This document shows, one piece after another, positions 41,213-50,707 of a DNA stretch of 64,000 nt. Below the pieces are notes generated by a model. That model was not told the origin of the DNA. It ran no database searches and worked only from the letters and a program-made list of their open reading frames with translations. The first letter of the stretch is position 1. Each line of letters begins with the position of its first letter. A program made the translations under genes and the position numbers. This DNA comes from a candidate division FCPU426 bacterium (lineage in GTDB: Bacteria > Oederibacteriota > JAAXVQ01 > JAUVAV01), in contig DAOWGI010000002.1 in NCBI GenBank assembly GCA_030637655.1, positions 40,355-104,354 on the forward strand, written 5' to 3'.

Positions 41213-42046
41213 TTATAAATCCATATTTGCCCTTACCCAAATTGTAAAAAAGTCCGGGTCTTGTAGAAAGATTTGTTCGGCATGCACCCCGTTTACGATT
41301 TTTAACCATGATTTGGAGACTTTGACGGCATTATAGACTTTTTTACTTAAGGATTCATAAACCAGAGTATCCTGGCCGCCTACCAGAAAATGACAAGGGA
41401 TTTGGATATTCCCGGCCAGTTCTGCGCCGCTAGGTTTGGCGGCCAAAATCGGACCCCAGCGAAAAAATATGTCGTCTTCAGGCTTGATCTGGAAACTGGT
41501 CTGCCGGAAGGCCACGGCCAGAGGATTCAAAAAGGCTGCGCCACTCAAGATGATGTCTTCCACCTGGGTGGGGCAGGAAACCAGCAAAAGACGGTCAGCC
41601 AGGCCTGGAAATTCAACACAAGCTCGCAGGCTGCTGTAGGCGCCCAGAGAAAAACCTAAAAGCGTAATATCGCTATATTGCGGCCTGGCCCAATTTAAGA
41701 CCGGTTCAAGATCCAGGTGTTCCTTGGCGCCAAACCAATAATATCCATAACTTTCTCCGGTACCGCGAAAATCAATAATCAGAACGTCGGCCGTGGAAGT
41801 CAACCCGGAGGTCAAGGCTTGCATGGAGCGGGTTGCGTGGTGTTGGGCAAACCCGGGAGCTACGATTATAAGCCTTTGACAGGACGGTTTTGGCCCCGAT
41901 TTGAACTCGGCGAATAGCTTGACTTCATCAGAGGTAGTAAAGGTAAAATATTTACAGTCCGCCGCCAAAAGTGGAACCAAAAGGAAAAGCCACAGAAATA
42001 TAACAACCCAAAGGCAATATCTCATCTTAAAATCCATAACTGCCAA
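41213..42046 (-). CDS. Exported alpha/beta hydrolase
   Basis: Signal peptide; APGF, DFRGTGES, GFSLG (Ser nucleophile), GGQD, H; start may be 42025-42037. Confidence 0.88.
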   Translation of the reverse strand: MAVMDFKMRYCLWVVIFLWLFLLVPLLAADCKYFTFTTSDEVKLFAEFKSGPKPSCQRLIIVAPGFAQHHATRSMQALTSGLTSTADVLIIDFRGTGESYGYYWFGAKEHLDLEPVLNWARPQYSDITLLGFSLGAYSSLRACVEFPGLADRLLLVSCPTQVEDIILSGAAFLNPLAVAFRQTSFQIKPEDDIFFRWGPILAAKPSGAELAGNIQIPCHFLVGGQDTLVYESLSKKVYNAVKVSKSWLKIVNGVHAEQIFLQDPDFFTIWVRANMDL

Positions 42047-42212
42047 AAGTCCGGAACTGCTTTAGTGATACCCGCAGGTCAATCCGACCGGCATATAGTT
42101 GGTTTAACTTGAACTTATTTTATTGATGTGCCGGTATTTTATCAAGTCTAATTTTAGAGATCATTGGGAATAGGATGTCTCTTTCTATTCCCAATAGCCC
42201 GGATTTTTGTCA

Positions 42213-42242
42213 TTGACGTACTATTCCAGCTTTTGTTATACT
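42213..42242 (+). promoter_or_regulatory. Putative sigma70 promoter, preceded by an 11-bp inverted repeat
   Basis: TTGACG-18bp-TATACT with TG; attgggaatag/ctattcccaat at 42163-42195. Confidence 0.45.
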
Positions 42243-42286
42243 AATTTTCTAAAGCAATTTCTTATCAACTGATTACAGGTATATCC

Positions 42287-42838
42287 GTGAAAATCACTAT
42301 TTTTAATGGAAATCCCGATTCATCGAATCGGATATTTGATCACTACCTTTCAACCTTAGCCGCTAGGTTAAAAACCTCCCAACATCGTACCGAAATATTA
42401 ATTTGCAGGGACATGGTTTTAAAATCCTGTGTTGGTTGCTGGGATTGCTGGGTACGAACACCGGGCCGATGCTCCCATTCTGACGACACCACACATGCAC
42501 GTCATGCCATACTCCATTCCGATTTAGCTATTTGGGCATCACCTTTGATTATGGGATTTACCAGTGCTTTATTAAAAACAGTACAGGATAAAATGGTTCC
42601 GATTATCAGCCCTTATTTTCGGATGGTCCAGGGCGAAATACATCATCGGCCCCGTTACCGTCATTACCCTAAATTCGGCTTGCTCCTGGGACCGGAAGCA
42701 GATACAGATGAGGAAGATATTGCTATTACCAAAGAGCTTTATGAACGTTTGGCACTGAATTTAATAAGCAAACTAAGCTTTACAGCTACCAGCAATCAAC
42801 CGGTTGAAGAGGTGTGCTATGCGATTAATATGCTTTAA
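42287..42838 (+). CDS. Flavodoxin-family (iron-sulfur flavoprotein-like) protein
   Basis: FNGNP, CVGCWDCWVRTPGRC...DD, ASPL. Confidence 0.88.
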   Translation: MKITIFNGNPDSSNRIFDHYLSTLAARLKTSQHRTEILICRDMVLKSCVGCWDCWVRTPGRCSHSDDTTHARHAILHSDLAIWASPLIMGFTSALLKTVQDKMVPIISPYFRMVQGEIHHRPRYRHYPKFGLLLGPEADTDEEDIAITKELYERLALNLISKLSFTATSNQPVEEVCYAINML

Positions 42839-43496
42839 TGGATCACCTCGAGGCATCCACAGCAACACCCGCTTGATTTTAAATTATTTTAATGCCGGCC
42901 TTCGCAAAGGCGGATATGCAGAAGCTGAGTTTTACTACCTCAATCGGGAAAATTGTCGTGATAAAAATATCAAATTGCTTCAGGCAGGAACTCATATCAT
43001 TATTGCTCTTCCTTTATATGTCGATTCCATGCCTTCGAAAGTCAAGCGCTTTTTTGAAGATATGGCCCCCTTACGAGGAAAACTAAAGGATAAGCACATT
43101 GGGTTTATCGTCCAATCCGGTTTTCCCGAACCCCTTCACTCTCGTTATATAGAAAAATATCTTAAACGTTTAGCTGGACGGTTGGGCTGCCATTACATTG
43201 GTACAGCCGTACGAGGTGGTGTGGAATCGGTCCGTGGTATTCCGCAACCGTTGATAAAAGTTCAGCTTTATTACGAATTTATGCGATTGGGACGGGCTTT
43301 GGCAAAAGACAGCACACAATTTTCACCGAAAGCCTTAAAGCGATTAGCTGTTTTTGAAAAAATGTCAGGTCTGCGCAAATGGGCAATGGTTCCTTTCTGG
43401 ATTTGGGTGACTCGCTATTTCCACTGGGGATTATTCCTGATTAAGAACAAGGCCTGGAAAAAAAGACATGCCCAACCGGAGTTGATCCTGGAATAA
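42819..43496 (+). CDS. Flavodoxin-like NAD(P)H-dependent oxidoreductase
   Basis: FNGSPRG..SNT, PLYVDSMP, QSGFPE; overlaps the upstream gene. Confidence 0.85.
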   Translation: MRLICFNGSPRGIHSNTRLILNYFNAGLRKGGYAEAEFYYLNRENCRDKNIKLLQAGTHIIIALPLYVDSMPSKVKRFFEDMAPLRGKLKDKHIGFIVQSGFPEPLHSRYIEKYLKRLAGRLGCHYIGTAVRGGVESVRGIPQPLIKVQLYYEFMRLGRALAKDSTQFSPKALKRLAVFEKMSGLRKWAMVPFWIWVTRYFHWGLFLIKNKAWKKRHAQPELILE

Positions 43497-43497
43497 T

Positions 43498-43640
43498 GTG
43501 ACTTTGCTTCTCCGTCTGCTGTCAAAAAAAGAATGGTCCTCCTTTTCCATTCGCTTAATTTATCACAGTCGCAAGATTTGCGAAGCCAAAAAGCCCAAAT
43601 GTCCGGAATGTCCGTTGAAAAAAATATATCCCTACGCCGT
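43498..43640 (+). pseudogene. nth: 3'-terminal remnant of an endonuclease III (Nth) gene
   Basis: LLSKKEW...LIYHSRKICEAKKPKCPECPLKKIYPY matches the Nth C-terminus (HGR..C-x6-C-x2-C-x5-C) with G>S and last C>Y; no N-terminal part. Confidence 0.75.
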
Positions 43641-44531
43641 ATGCTCGGATTTAAAAAGACCTGCTATCCATCCCAGCGAAATGAAAACAGCGAGTACTAT
43701 GATTCCGATGATTCCTTGAAGATGCGCCCAGTGCGGATCATTGAGTCTGGTGAAGGTTAGTGGAATAAGGGCGCTGCCAAACAGCGTGGCGTGAGCAAGG
43801 GCGGGAACAAACACATTTCCTGACAACCTGCGTAACCATGTCAGTACGATTCCGGTTTCCAGGGCAAAACAGAGGCTGATCCCAAGTGCCAGAGTGGTTT
43901 TATCGATATAGATATATCCGTGAAGATAAAGCGGCAGCCGCCAAAGCCACCAGACTAAGCCGGTAAGTATTCCGGTAAGCCAAAAACCTGTTTTTTTCAG
44001 CCACTGATACAAATACCCGCGCCAGGCGATTTCTTCAGCCCAAGCAGGCAGAAACCATACCACCGGTCCAAATAGAAGATACCCGGAAATGAGTGCGAAC
44101 GGATTGGGAGAATGTTGGGTGGGTAAAATAAAATTATGAGACACACTAAAATAGAGATTCTGAGACGCAGTGCCCATATGCCAATCCCACTCGGCGAATC
44201 CCGCAAAAACACTTATGGCTGCTGCCAGAGCAGCGAGTAAAGGAAATAAGAACCAGGCAGGGATAAGATAAAAGAATTTTCCCTGAGTCAAGCCCAATTC
44301 CGAAGCCCTGCTGCTGTGGCCAAAGAAAAAGGCGGCCAGAACAGCCAAGCCAGGTCCAAAACTGAGTAACATGATACCCAAGGTCAGTTGCCCGGCCCGG
44401 TCCCAGGTAAACTCCCAGCCCCATTCCAGGAATTTGACCACCGGAAGCCAGCCGGCAGCTAAAACCAGCAAGATAAAAAGGATGTGAGCTAAAATACTCC
44501 GATGTTGGTGGAAAAAAGAAAAAAGTTGCAT
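43632..44531 (-). CDS. CPBP/Abi (CAAX protease) family membrane protein
   Basis: AEEIAWRGYL, multiple TM helices, ALAH; motif-2 His appears replaced (WWLWRLP). Confidence 0.82.
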   Translation of the reverse strand: MQLFSFFHQHRSILAHILFILLVLAAGWLPVVKFLEWGWEFTWDRAGQLTLGIMLLSFGPGLAVLAAFFFGHSSRASELGLTQGKFFYLIPAWFLFPLLAALAAAISVFAGFAEWDWHMGTASQNLYFSVSHNFILPTQHSPNPFALISGYLLFGPVVWFLPAWAEEIAWRGYLYQWLKKTGFWLTGILTGLVWWLWRLPLYLHGYIYIDKTTLALGISLCFALETGIVLTWLRRLSGNVFVPALAHATLFGSALIPLTFTRLNDPHWAHLQGIIGIIVLAVFISLGWIAGLFKSEHTA

Positions 44532-44671
44532 AGGGGTATTATAGGAGGCTAAAGGGGAAACCGGCAATATGAAAAACACAAAAGCAGGAGTCGGAATTCA
44601 GCTAATCCTAGGGCACAGGGGTTTTGCTCCTACTATTTGTCTCCTGTATTCTGTTTTTAGTATGAAGAGAC

Positions 44672-44700
44672 TTGACATGACCCCCAAGTAAGGGTAACGT
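44672..44700 (+). promoter_or_regulatory. Putative promoter, possibly giving a leaderless mRNA
   Basis: TTGACA-17bp-TAACGT ending 6 bp before ATG 44707; no RBS. Confidence 0.5.
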
Positions 44701-44706
44701 ATTGCC

Positions 44707-45108
44707 ATGAGTGAAAAAAGCTATCTGCATCATATCTGTTTGTGTGTCTCAAATCTAAGGCAATCAGAGGTATTTTACGAAGGCTTTTTAGGTCTTCGGA
44801 AACAGTATGAATTCATTGTTACCGAAGAACAAGCCCAAATCCTGTTCAATATTCCTGCGGAATGCCAATTTATCTCTTTTGAATGTCCGGATGGTGGTGG
44901 TTTGGAGATTTTTACGGCAGTAGATGCCATGCCTACATCCTCTCCCGGCTCTCATTTTTGTCTGGCTGTCACAAACCGGGAAGCCTTGTTGGAAAGGTTG
45001 AGGATGGCCAATGTCGAGATTCGGGAACTTGCCCGTGAAGATAAAAAAGTTGTCTTTATTGCTGATCCGGATGATAATTTGATTGAATTAAAGGAAATGG
45101 AAACTTAA
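44707..45108 (+). CDS. VOC/glyoxalase family protein
   Basis: LHHICLCVSNL..SE.FY..FLG, HFCLAV, FIADPDDNLIEL. Confidence 0.92.
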   Translation: MSEKSYLHHICLCVSNLRQSEVFYEGFLGLRKQYEFIVTEEQAQILFNIPAECQFISFECPDGGGLEIFTAVDAMPTSSPGSHFCLAVTNREALLERLRMANVEIRELAREDKKVVFIADPDDNLIELKEMET

Positions 45109-45244
45109 GGTTTTTTTGCTGCGGAATATCAGAACATTTTTTGGTCACTACTCACGATAAAATCCAACACAAATAAATATGAGAAATGGCATATTTTATA
45201 AAAATGGATAATTAAAGGTAAAGATATCAAACAAGGAGTTGCTC

Positions 45245-45592
45245 ATGCCGTATTGCCCAAAATGTGGTTATGAATACCAGCCTGACATTAATACCTGTCC
45301 GGATTGTAATGAACAGTTGGTAGCCTTTTTGCCGCCGGATCCCAATCAGGGAGAATTGTTCGAAACCGTTCAATTATGTAAAGTGCCGGATGAAATTACC
45401 GGCATGGCATTGCAATCTTTATTACGGGATGCGGGAATTGATGCTAATCTCAGAGACATGCGAGCCAGTTTTTATGGCAGCGTGTTGTCCAACATGCAGG
45501 GTTTCTGGGGAACCATTATTGTGTATAAAAAAGATGAGAAAAAAGCCCAAAAACTCTATGCCACATTTCAGAAAGATTTTCAAGGAAAGTAA
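45245..45592 (+). CDS. Zinc-ribbon plus DUF2007-like (PII-like) protein
   Basis: MPYCPKCGYEY...CPDC; SLLRDAGI. Confidence 0.8.
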   Translation: MPYCPKCGYEYQPDINTCPDCNEQLVAFLPPDPNQGELFETVQLCKVPDEITGMALQSLLRDAGIDANLRDMRASFYGSVLSNMQGFWGTIIVYKKDEKKAQKLYATFQKDFQGK

Positions 45593-45661
45593 ATAAATAG
45601 AGTTGTACAATTGAAAGAAACCCGGAAATCTTTGTTGTGGATTGATGAAAAGGAGCTTCAT

Positions 45662-46417
45662 ATGAGCCAAGAATCTGAAAATTTGGAACAAAAGCAGGAA
45701 AAAGATAAGGAAAGTATAGAATCCTTTTACGTTAAAATGCCGGATATGCCGCAGGTCGGGAGCGCAGAAGCAACTCAGGCAGAACAGCAGTTGCTGGCAC
45801 ATCTCAAATCCCGCGGTCCTCGCGCGGAAACTTTAAAACCATTGGTTGTTTTTTACAGCCGGGTAGGGCAACAGGAGCGAGCTTATCAATATTTAAAAAT
45901 GTGGATGAAGTACACCAAGAACAGAGATGAATTGGCGGAATCTCTGATGATGTCCGGACAATTGGCGGAACAAGTAGGACAACCGGAACCAGCCATCTCT
46001 TTTTATCGCGAGGCATTATTACAGCACTCAGAAGATTATAAGATTAATTATTATATTCATAATAATCTGGCGTATTGTCTTAATACTCAGGGTGAGCCGG
46101 AGAAGGCCATAAAGCATTGCGATGCTGCGATTAAATTGGATCCCTCACGCGCGAATGCTTTTAAAAATTTGGGTGTAAGTCTTTCCGGATTGGGTAAATA
46201 TGCGGAAGCTGCCAACATGTGGTTGAAAGCCACGCATGTGGATGTGTCGGATAGTCGAGCTTTAGATCAGTTGGAGAAACTAGTTGCAAAACAGCGTGAG
46301 GCTATTGTACCGGATATTCCGGATATTGATGACAAATTAAAAGCCTGCCGGCGTGCGGTGGAATCCGCCAAAACCGGGCGCTTTGCCGATTGGGCCAGAG
46401 GTCTTACTTTGAATTAA
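45662..46417 (+). CDS. Tetratricopeptide-repeat protein
   Basis: HNNLAYCLN, AIKLDPSRANAFKNLG; AAGGAG RBS before ATG 45662. Confidence 0.88.
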   Translation: MSQESENLEQKQEKDKESIESFYVKMPDMPQVGSAEATQAEQQLLAHLKSRGPRAETLKPLVVFYSRVGQQERAYQYLKMWMKYTKNRDELAESLMMSGQLAEQVGQPEPAISFYREALLQHSEDYKINYYIHNNLAYCLNTQGEPEKAIKHCDAAIKLDPSRANAFKNLGVSLSGLGKYAEAANMWLKATHVDVSDSRALDQLEKLVAKQREAIVPDIPDIDDKLKACRRAVESAKTGRFADWARGLTLN

Positions 46418-46566
46418 TTATTTTTCAAGGGTGAGGGTTACCTGAAGACTCCGTGCTTCAGTGCGGGGATGATTTATTGTTATTAATTCATTGGAAAACG
46501 AAAAACCCTATGGTATCATGAAAATTCATTTAATTATGTAATTAATGTGACGGAGGCGTAACCTAC

Positions 46567-47214
46567 ATGCCAACGACAATTAAGCCCAGAAAAGACCATT
46601 CGAAACGCTCCCCAGCGGCGCGCAGAAAAATGAAAGGCGCAGCCAGAAAAGCATGGGCTCAAGAACCTCGGTTGACGGTTACTTCTGAAGTGGAAAATGA
46701 GGAACCTATGGCAAGCGCGAATTCTTATCCTGATCAAGTTTCTGAAATGCCGCTGAATTTCGCAACTCCGGAAGCAGAGGATGAAAATCAGGAAGCTTTG
46801 GCCGTAATGGTGAAAAAATTTCGTGAGGGAATTATCATTGAACAATCAGTGGAATATGTAGCCGGCAAGGGAAAGCCGGTAATTTACGCCAAAATACGTT
46901 TAACCACAGCCTTGCGCGGGAAGCGTAAGACCGATGGTCTGATTGAAGGTGCATATATATTACGGTTGGAAGTGTTGGCCGGCAGCCGGGCTGTGAAAGT
47001 GGAAGGTTTGCGTTTGGGACCTTGGCAAATAGATGATATGCAATTGGAGACCGGTTCGGTGTACTTGGCAGAACCAATTTGGGCAGGATTTCAGTCAGTG
47101 AGTGGATCTTGTAACGGAAGGATTCATATAGGCGATGTTGCTCTCAAACGTTTACTGGATCTGCCGCTGAATACTGAGGCAGTACTGCCAGGACCTGAAA
47201 CATTTAGTGGATGA
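46567..47214 (+). CDS. Hypothetical protein, translationally coupled to hydG
   Basis: GGAGG RBS; ATGA overlap with the next gene. Confidence 0.65.
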   Translation: MPTTIKPRKDHSKRSPAARRKMKGAARKAWAQEPRLTVTSEVENEEPMASANSYPDQVSEMPLNFATPEAEDENQEALAVMVKKFREGIIIEQSVEYVAGKGKPVIYAKIRLTTALRGKRKTDGLIEGAYILRLEVLAGSRAVKVEGLRLGPWQIDDMQLETGSVYLAEPIWAGFQSVSGSCNGRIHIGDVALKRLLDLPLNTEAVLPGPETFSG

Positions 47215-48614
47215 GGGTGGCCATTACTAATATCATTTCAGATGAACGGATTTGCTGGGCCATGCAGGCCGCTCAACACGCGTCAGAGCAAACTGTGTGG
47301 GATATTTTGAAAAAAGCGCGCTTGAGAAAGGGGCTGACTCCCGAAGAGACTGCTGTGTTGTTGTATCAGGACCGGCATTCTGAAATTTTACCTGAAATTA
47401 TGGCTGCCGCGCGTCAGGTCAAAGAGGAGATCTACGGAAAACGCCTGGTTTTATTTGCTCCTTTGTATATTACCAATCAATGTTCCAATAACTGTATGTA
47501 TTGTGCCTATCGTAAGGATAACACTTCTTTAGAACGAAAAACCTTAACATCACAAGAGCTTGTCCAACAGGTAGAGATACTGGAAGACCAGGGACACAAG
47601 CGTTTGCTTTTGGTTGCCGGTGAAACCCAGCGCTTCCAGGAAATACCGGATGCTTTGGAAACCATCTATGCCACCCGAAAAAATCAAGGTGAAATCCGGC
47701 GCGTGAATGTCAACATTGCGCCTTTGACCATTGAACAATTTAAAGCTCTTAAAAAAGTGGGGATCGGTACTTATCAGTGCTTTCAGGAAACGTATCATCT
47801 GCCTACATATCAGAAAATGCATCCGTCCGGACCCAAAGCAGATTATGCTTGGCGCCTTACGGTCATGGACCGGGCCTTACAAGCCGGGGTGGATGATCTT
47901 TCAACCGGTGTGTTACTTGGGTTGTATGATTATCATTATGATGTAACCGCGTTGATTATGCATGGTCAGTATCTGGATGATCAATACCGGGTAGGACCGC
48001 ACGCGGTTTCTGTTCCGCGTTTACGAGTAGCGCGGGGCACACCATTATGCCATGATGTGTTGCCGGCATCTAACCGGTATTTACTCTCAGATGAGCAATT
48101 CAAATTGGTGGTGGCTGTCATTCGTTTGGCTCTGCCGTATACCGGATTGATCCTGACCACACGTGAGACTCCGGAAATGCGTCATACCCTGCTCAATGCG
48201 GGTGTTTCCCAGATTTCCGCCGGAAGTCAAACGGATGTTGGGGGATATTCAGAGGCTAGAGAGCAAAATGGGAAACAATTTGAGATAGAGGACACCCGTT
48301 CTTTAGAGGAAGTTTTACTGGATGTTATTGAAAGCGGCAATATCGCTTCCTTTTGTACTGCCTGCTATCGAACCGGCCGAACCGGGGAAAAAATTATGGA
48401 TTTATTGAAACCCGGCACCATTAAGAACTTTTGTCTGCCCAATGCCATTCTCACCTTCAAAGAATATCTGATTGACTATGCCGGTCCTGAGACCTATAAA
48501 AAAGGGGAAGCCTGTATAGAACAGGCGCTCACTGGCTTGGAGGAAGCAGTTAGAACTGAAACCCAAGCTTGTTTGAAACGCTTGGCTGCGGGTGAACGCG
48601 ACCTCTATTTTTAA
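47211..48614 (+). CDS. hydG: [FeFe]-hydrogenase maturase HydG (radical SAM, ThiH-like)
   Basis: LFAPLY.TN.CSNNCMYC, GHKRL, RRVNVN, FQETYH, C-terminal SFCTACYR..RTG...FCLPNA, GERDLYF. Confidence 0.9.
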   Translation: MRVAITNIISDERICWAMQAAQHASEQTVWDILKKARLRKGLTPEETAVLLYQDRHSEILPEIMAAARQVKEEIYGKRLVLFAPLYITNQCSNNCMYCAYRKDNTSLERKTLTSQELVQQVEILEDQGHKRLLLVAGETQRFQEIPDALETIYATRKNQGEIRRVNVNIAPLTIEQFKALKKVGIGTYQCFQETYHLPTYQKMHPSGPKADYAWRLTVMDRALQAGVDDLSTGVLLGLYDYHYDVTALIMHGQYLDDQYRVGPHAVSVPRLRVARGTPLCHDVLPASNRYLLSDEQFKLVVAVIRLALPYTGLILTTRETPEMRHTLLNAGVSQISAGSQTDVGGYSEAREQNGKQFEIEDTRSLEEVLLDVIESGNIASFCTACYRTGRTGEKIMDLLKPGTIKNFCLPNAILTFKEYLIDYAGPETYKKGEACIEQALTGLEEAVRTETQACLKRLAAGERDLYF

Positions 48615-48640
48615 ATCCTGCATAGGGACCGGATGGAAAA

Positions 48641-49465
48641 ATGTCCAAAAAGTTTTTTCTGTATTTGGAATACAAAAATCAAAAATATCCTTGCGAACTT
48701 ATCCCTAAAAAGCGTAATCGCAATATTCGCATCCGTATTGCCAAAACCTCGGAGTATTCGGCGGAATTTAAGCAAGCAGGATTTCCTTTTGATCCAGAGG
48801 GGAATAATCAACTGGATTTGTTTTTGCCGCTTGCTTCACCAGCGTATATCGTAAAAGTATCCTATCCTCCCGGACTTTCGCGCTGGCAAGTAAAAGCAAG
48901 CTTGACGGAATCTGCCGCCTGGATTGCTGCACATTTCAAAAAAATATCCAAAGAACAAAAACAGCAGGCAAATCCGATATTGAAAACCGGAACGCGGATT
49001 ATGTTTCAAGGCAGGAAACTGACCTTGGTATTCCTGCCCACAACGCGGCGCAAACAGAAAGTGAAACTGGCCGGCACCCGGCTGCTCTGCGCCATGTTCA
49101 GTACGCAGCAACAGAAGCTTAAAAAGGTCTTGGAACAATGGTATCGGGAGCAGGCAGCGCGTTATATTGAAAACCGGACAACTTTTTTGGCAGCGGGAAT
49201 AACCCGGAAACCGTATCGCATACGGATTGCCGGCCAGAAAACCCAATGGGGAAGTTGTTCTGCCGCGGGTGTATTGAGCTTTAATTGGAAATTGATGATG
49301 GCGCCAAAGTATATTCTGGATTATATTATTGTTCATGAATTGGCCCATTTGGAAGAGATGAATCATTCTCAACGTTTTTGGCAGGTGGTGCGCGCCCACT
49401 CTCGGACAGTGGACAGAGCAAAACAGTGGCTGAAAAAGCATGGCGCGTGTTTGGACAGTATTTGA
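48641..49465 (+). CDS. YgjP/DUF45-like (SprT/M48-type) zinc metalloprotein
   Basis: KTQWGSCS, FNWKL, DYIIVHELAHL.EMNHS..FW. Confidence 0.9.
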   Translation: MSKKFFLYLEYKNQKYPCELIPKKRNRNIRIRIAKTSEYSAEFKQAGFPFDPEGNNQLDLFLPLASPAYIVKVSYPPGLSRWQVKASLTESAAWIAAHFKKISKEQKQQANPILKTGTRIMFQGRKLTLVFLPTTRRKQKVKLAGTRLLCAMFSTQQQKLKKVLEQWYREQAARYIENRTTFLAAGITRKPYRIRIAGQKTQWGSCSAAGVLSFNWKLMMAPKYILDYIIVHELAHLEEMNHSQRFWQVVRAHSRTVDRAKQWLKKHGACLDSI

Positions 49466-49482
49466 ATCCGGAGGAGGAACCT

Positions 49483-49776
49483 ATGCAACAAGAAATTTGG
49501 ACACTGGTGGGTATTTGTGCGGCGGCCTTAACAGCCACCTCGTTTGTTCCGCAATTGATTATCCGGCTGAGAAATCCGCAAGCAGCACGGGTTTCCTATA
49601 TAACCTTAACCTGCTTTTTAACGGGTGTTTCCCTATGGGCTGCCTATGGTATCCATTTGCAGGATCTCATCATTATCGGAGCCAATATCTTCCTTTTTGT
49701 AAATTTGGCAGCCATTACATTAGTGCAGCTTTGGCAAGATAAATTGAGTCTGAAAAAAGATGAATCCAAGGAATAA
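49483..49776 (+). CDS. SemiSWEET/PQ-loop family transporter
   Basis: LTATSFVPQL, LWAAYG, IIGAN; GGAGG RBS. Confidence 0.88.
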   Translation: MQQEIWTLVGICAAALTATSFVPQLIIRLRNPQAARVSYITLTCFLTGVSLWAAYGIHLQDLIIIGANIFLFVNLAAITLVQLWQDKLSLKKDESKE

Positions 49777-49820
49777 AGCATAAACATCAGGATTCGATAC
49801 CAGCGTAGACCATTAATAAA

Positions 49821-50393
49821 TTAAAAATAAAACAATACGCCGCCGGACAAACTGCTGGCAGCGTGTTCCGTGATGCCGATATTGCCTTCAAATATAAATT
49901 CCATCTGACGCGCAATGGGAATTGCCACACCGAGGTCAAAGTATATGGGCAAAATAATTTCTGTTTCATTTCCCGTGTCTACAAACTCAATATCCGCATC
50001 CAAAGCACCGAAAAAGCTAAAAGTGCGAAAGTTATTTGAGAGCAATAATGTGGCATCCAATCCCAGGTTTGAAGAGCCATGGGCACCGGCGGCAAAAGAG
50101 AGGCCGGGCGTATTTTTAGTGTCCCGTATCAGACCAAACTCCAGGTCTGCGCCAAAAACCATATCAGCACCAAGTCCGAGTTGTACATCCAAATCAATGC
50201 TGCGGGTCAATCCCAATCCCCCATGAATCCAGAGTATGAAATGGGAAGGTGAAAACGCAATTTCAGGTTCTAAACCGAAAGTAAAATGACCTGGTTTTAA
50301 GAGGCCGGCAGTTCCGAAAACACCGGCCTGGGCAGGACGAAGCAGACTAAACATTAAGAGTAAACAACCCAGGAGAATCATTGGTTTTTTCAT
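49821..50393 (-). CDS. Putative outer-membrane beta-barrel protein
   Basis: Signal peptide (AQA), alternating amphipathic strands, C-terminal Phe (GGVLFYF). Confidence 0.75.
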   Translation of the reverse strand: MKKPMILLGCLLLMFSLLRPAQAGVFGTAGLLKPGHFTFGLEPEIAFSPSHFILWIHGGLGLTRSIDLDVQLGLGADMVFGADLEFGLIRDTKNTPGLSFAAGAHGSSNLGLDATLLLSNNFRTFSFFGALDADIEFVDTGNETEIILPIYFDLGVAIPIARQMEFIFEGNIGITEHAASSLSGGVLFYF

Positions 50394-50501
50394 TTTTTCA
50401 CCCCATGCTTCTAAAGAATATTTTGTTTGTCGCTTGATTGTTGAATTGACCGCTATTATAGCATGCTCAGAAGGGAAGACAAGTCAGAAAACCAGGAGAA
50501 A

Positions 50502-50697
50502 GTATCATGTCAGTGAACTAATGGAAAGAAAATTAACCGCCGATGAACGCCGATAAATACAGATTGATTTTTTTTATCTCTTAAACTATAAATATCTGCG
50601 TTTATTTGCGTTCATCGGCGGTTAATTTTGGTTCCGGTTTATCCGGAATAGGTTCCCGGGTTATTTGACAAAACACAGCACTTCACTGACATATTAC
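50502..50697. mobile_element. GTAA-ended MITE, family B copy 2
   Basis: TIRs gtatcatgtcagtgaa/ttcactgacatattac; perfect 8-bp TSD aggagaaa (50494-50501, 50698-50705). Confidence 0.88.
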
Positions 50698-50707
50698 AGG
50701 AGAAAAA

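Noticed and set aside
44585-44655. caggagtc...ctcctg degenerate inverted repeat
   Set aside because: Too degenerate, and single-copy in the window.
46444-46472. gaagactccgtgcttcagtgcggggatga, resembling an IS200/IS605 end hairpin
   Set aside because: No tnpA/tnpB or second end nearby; cannot be supported.
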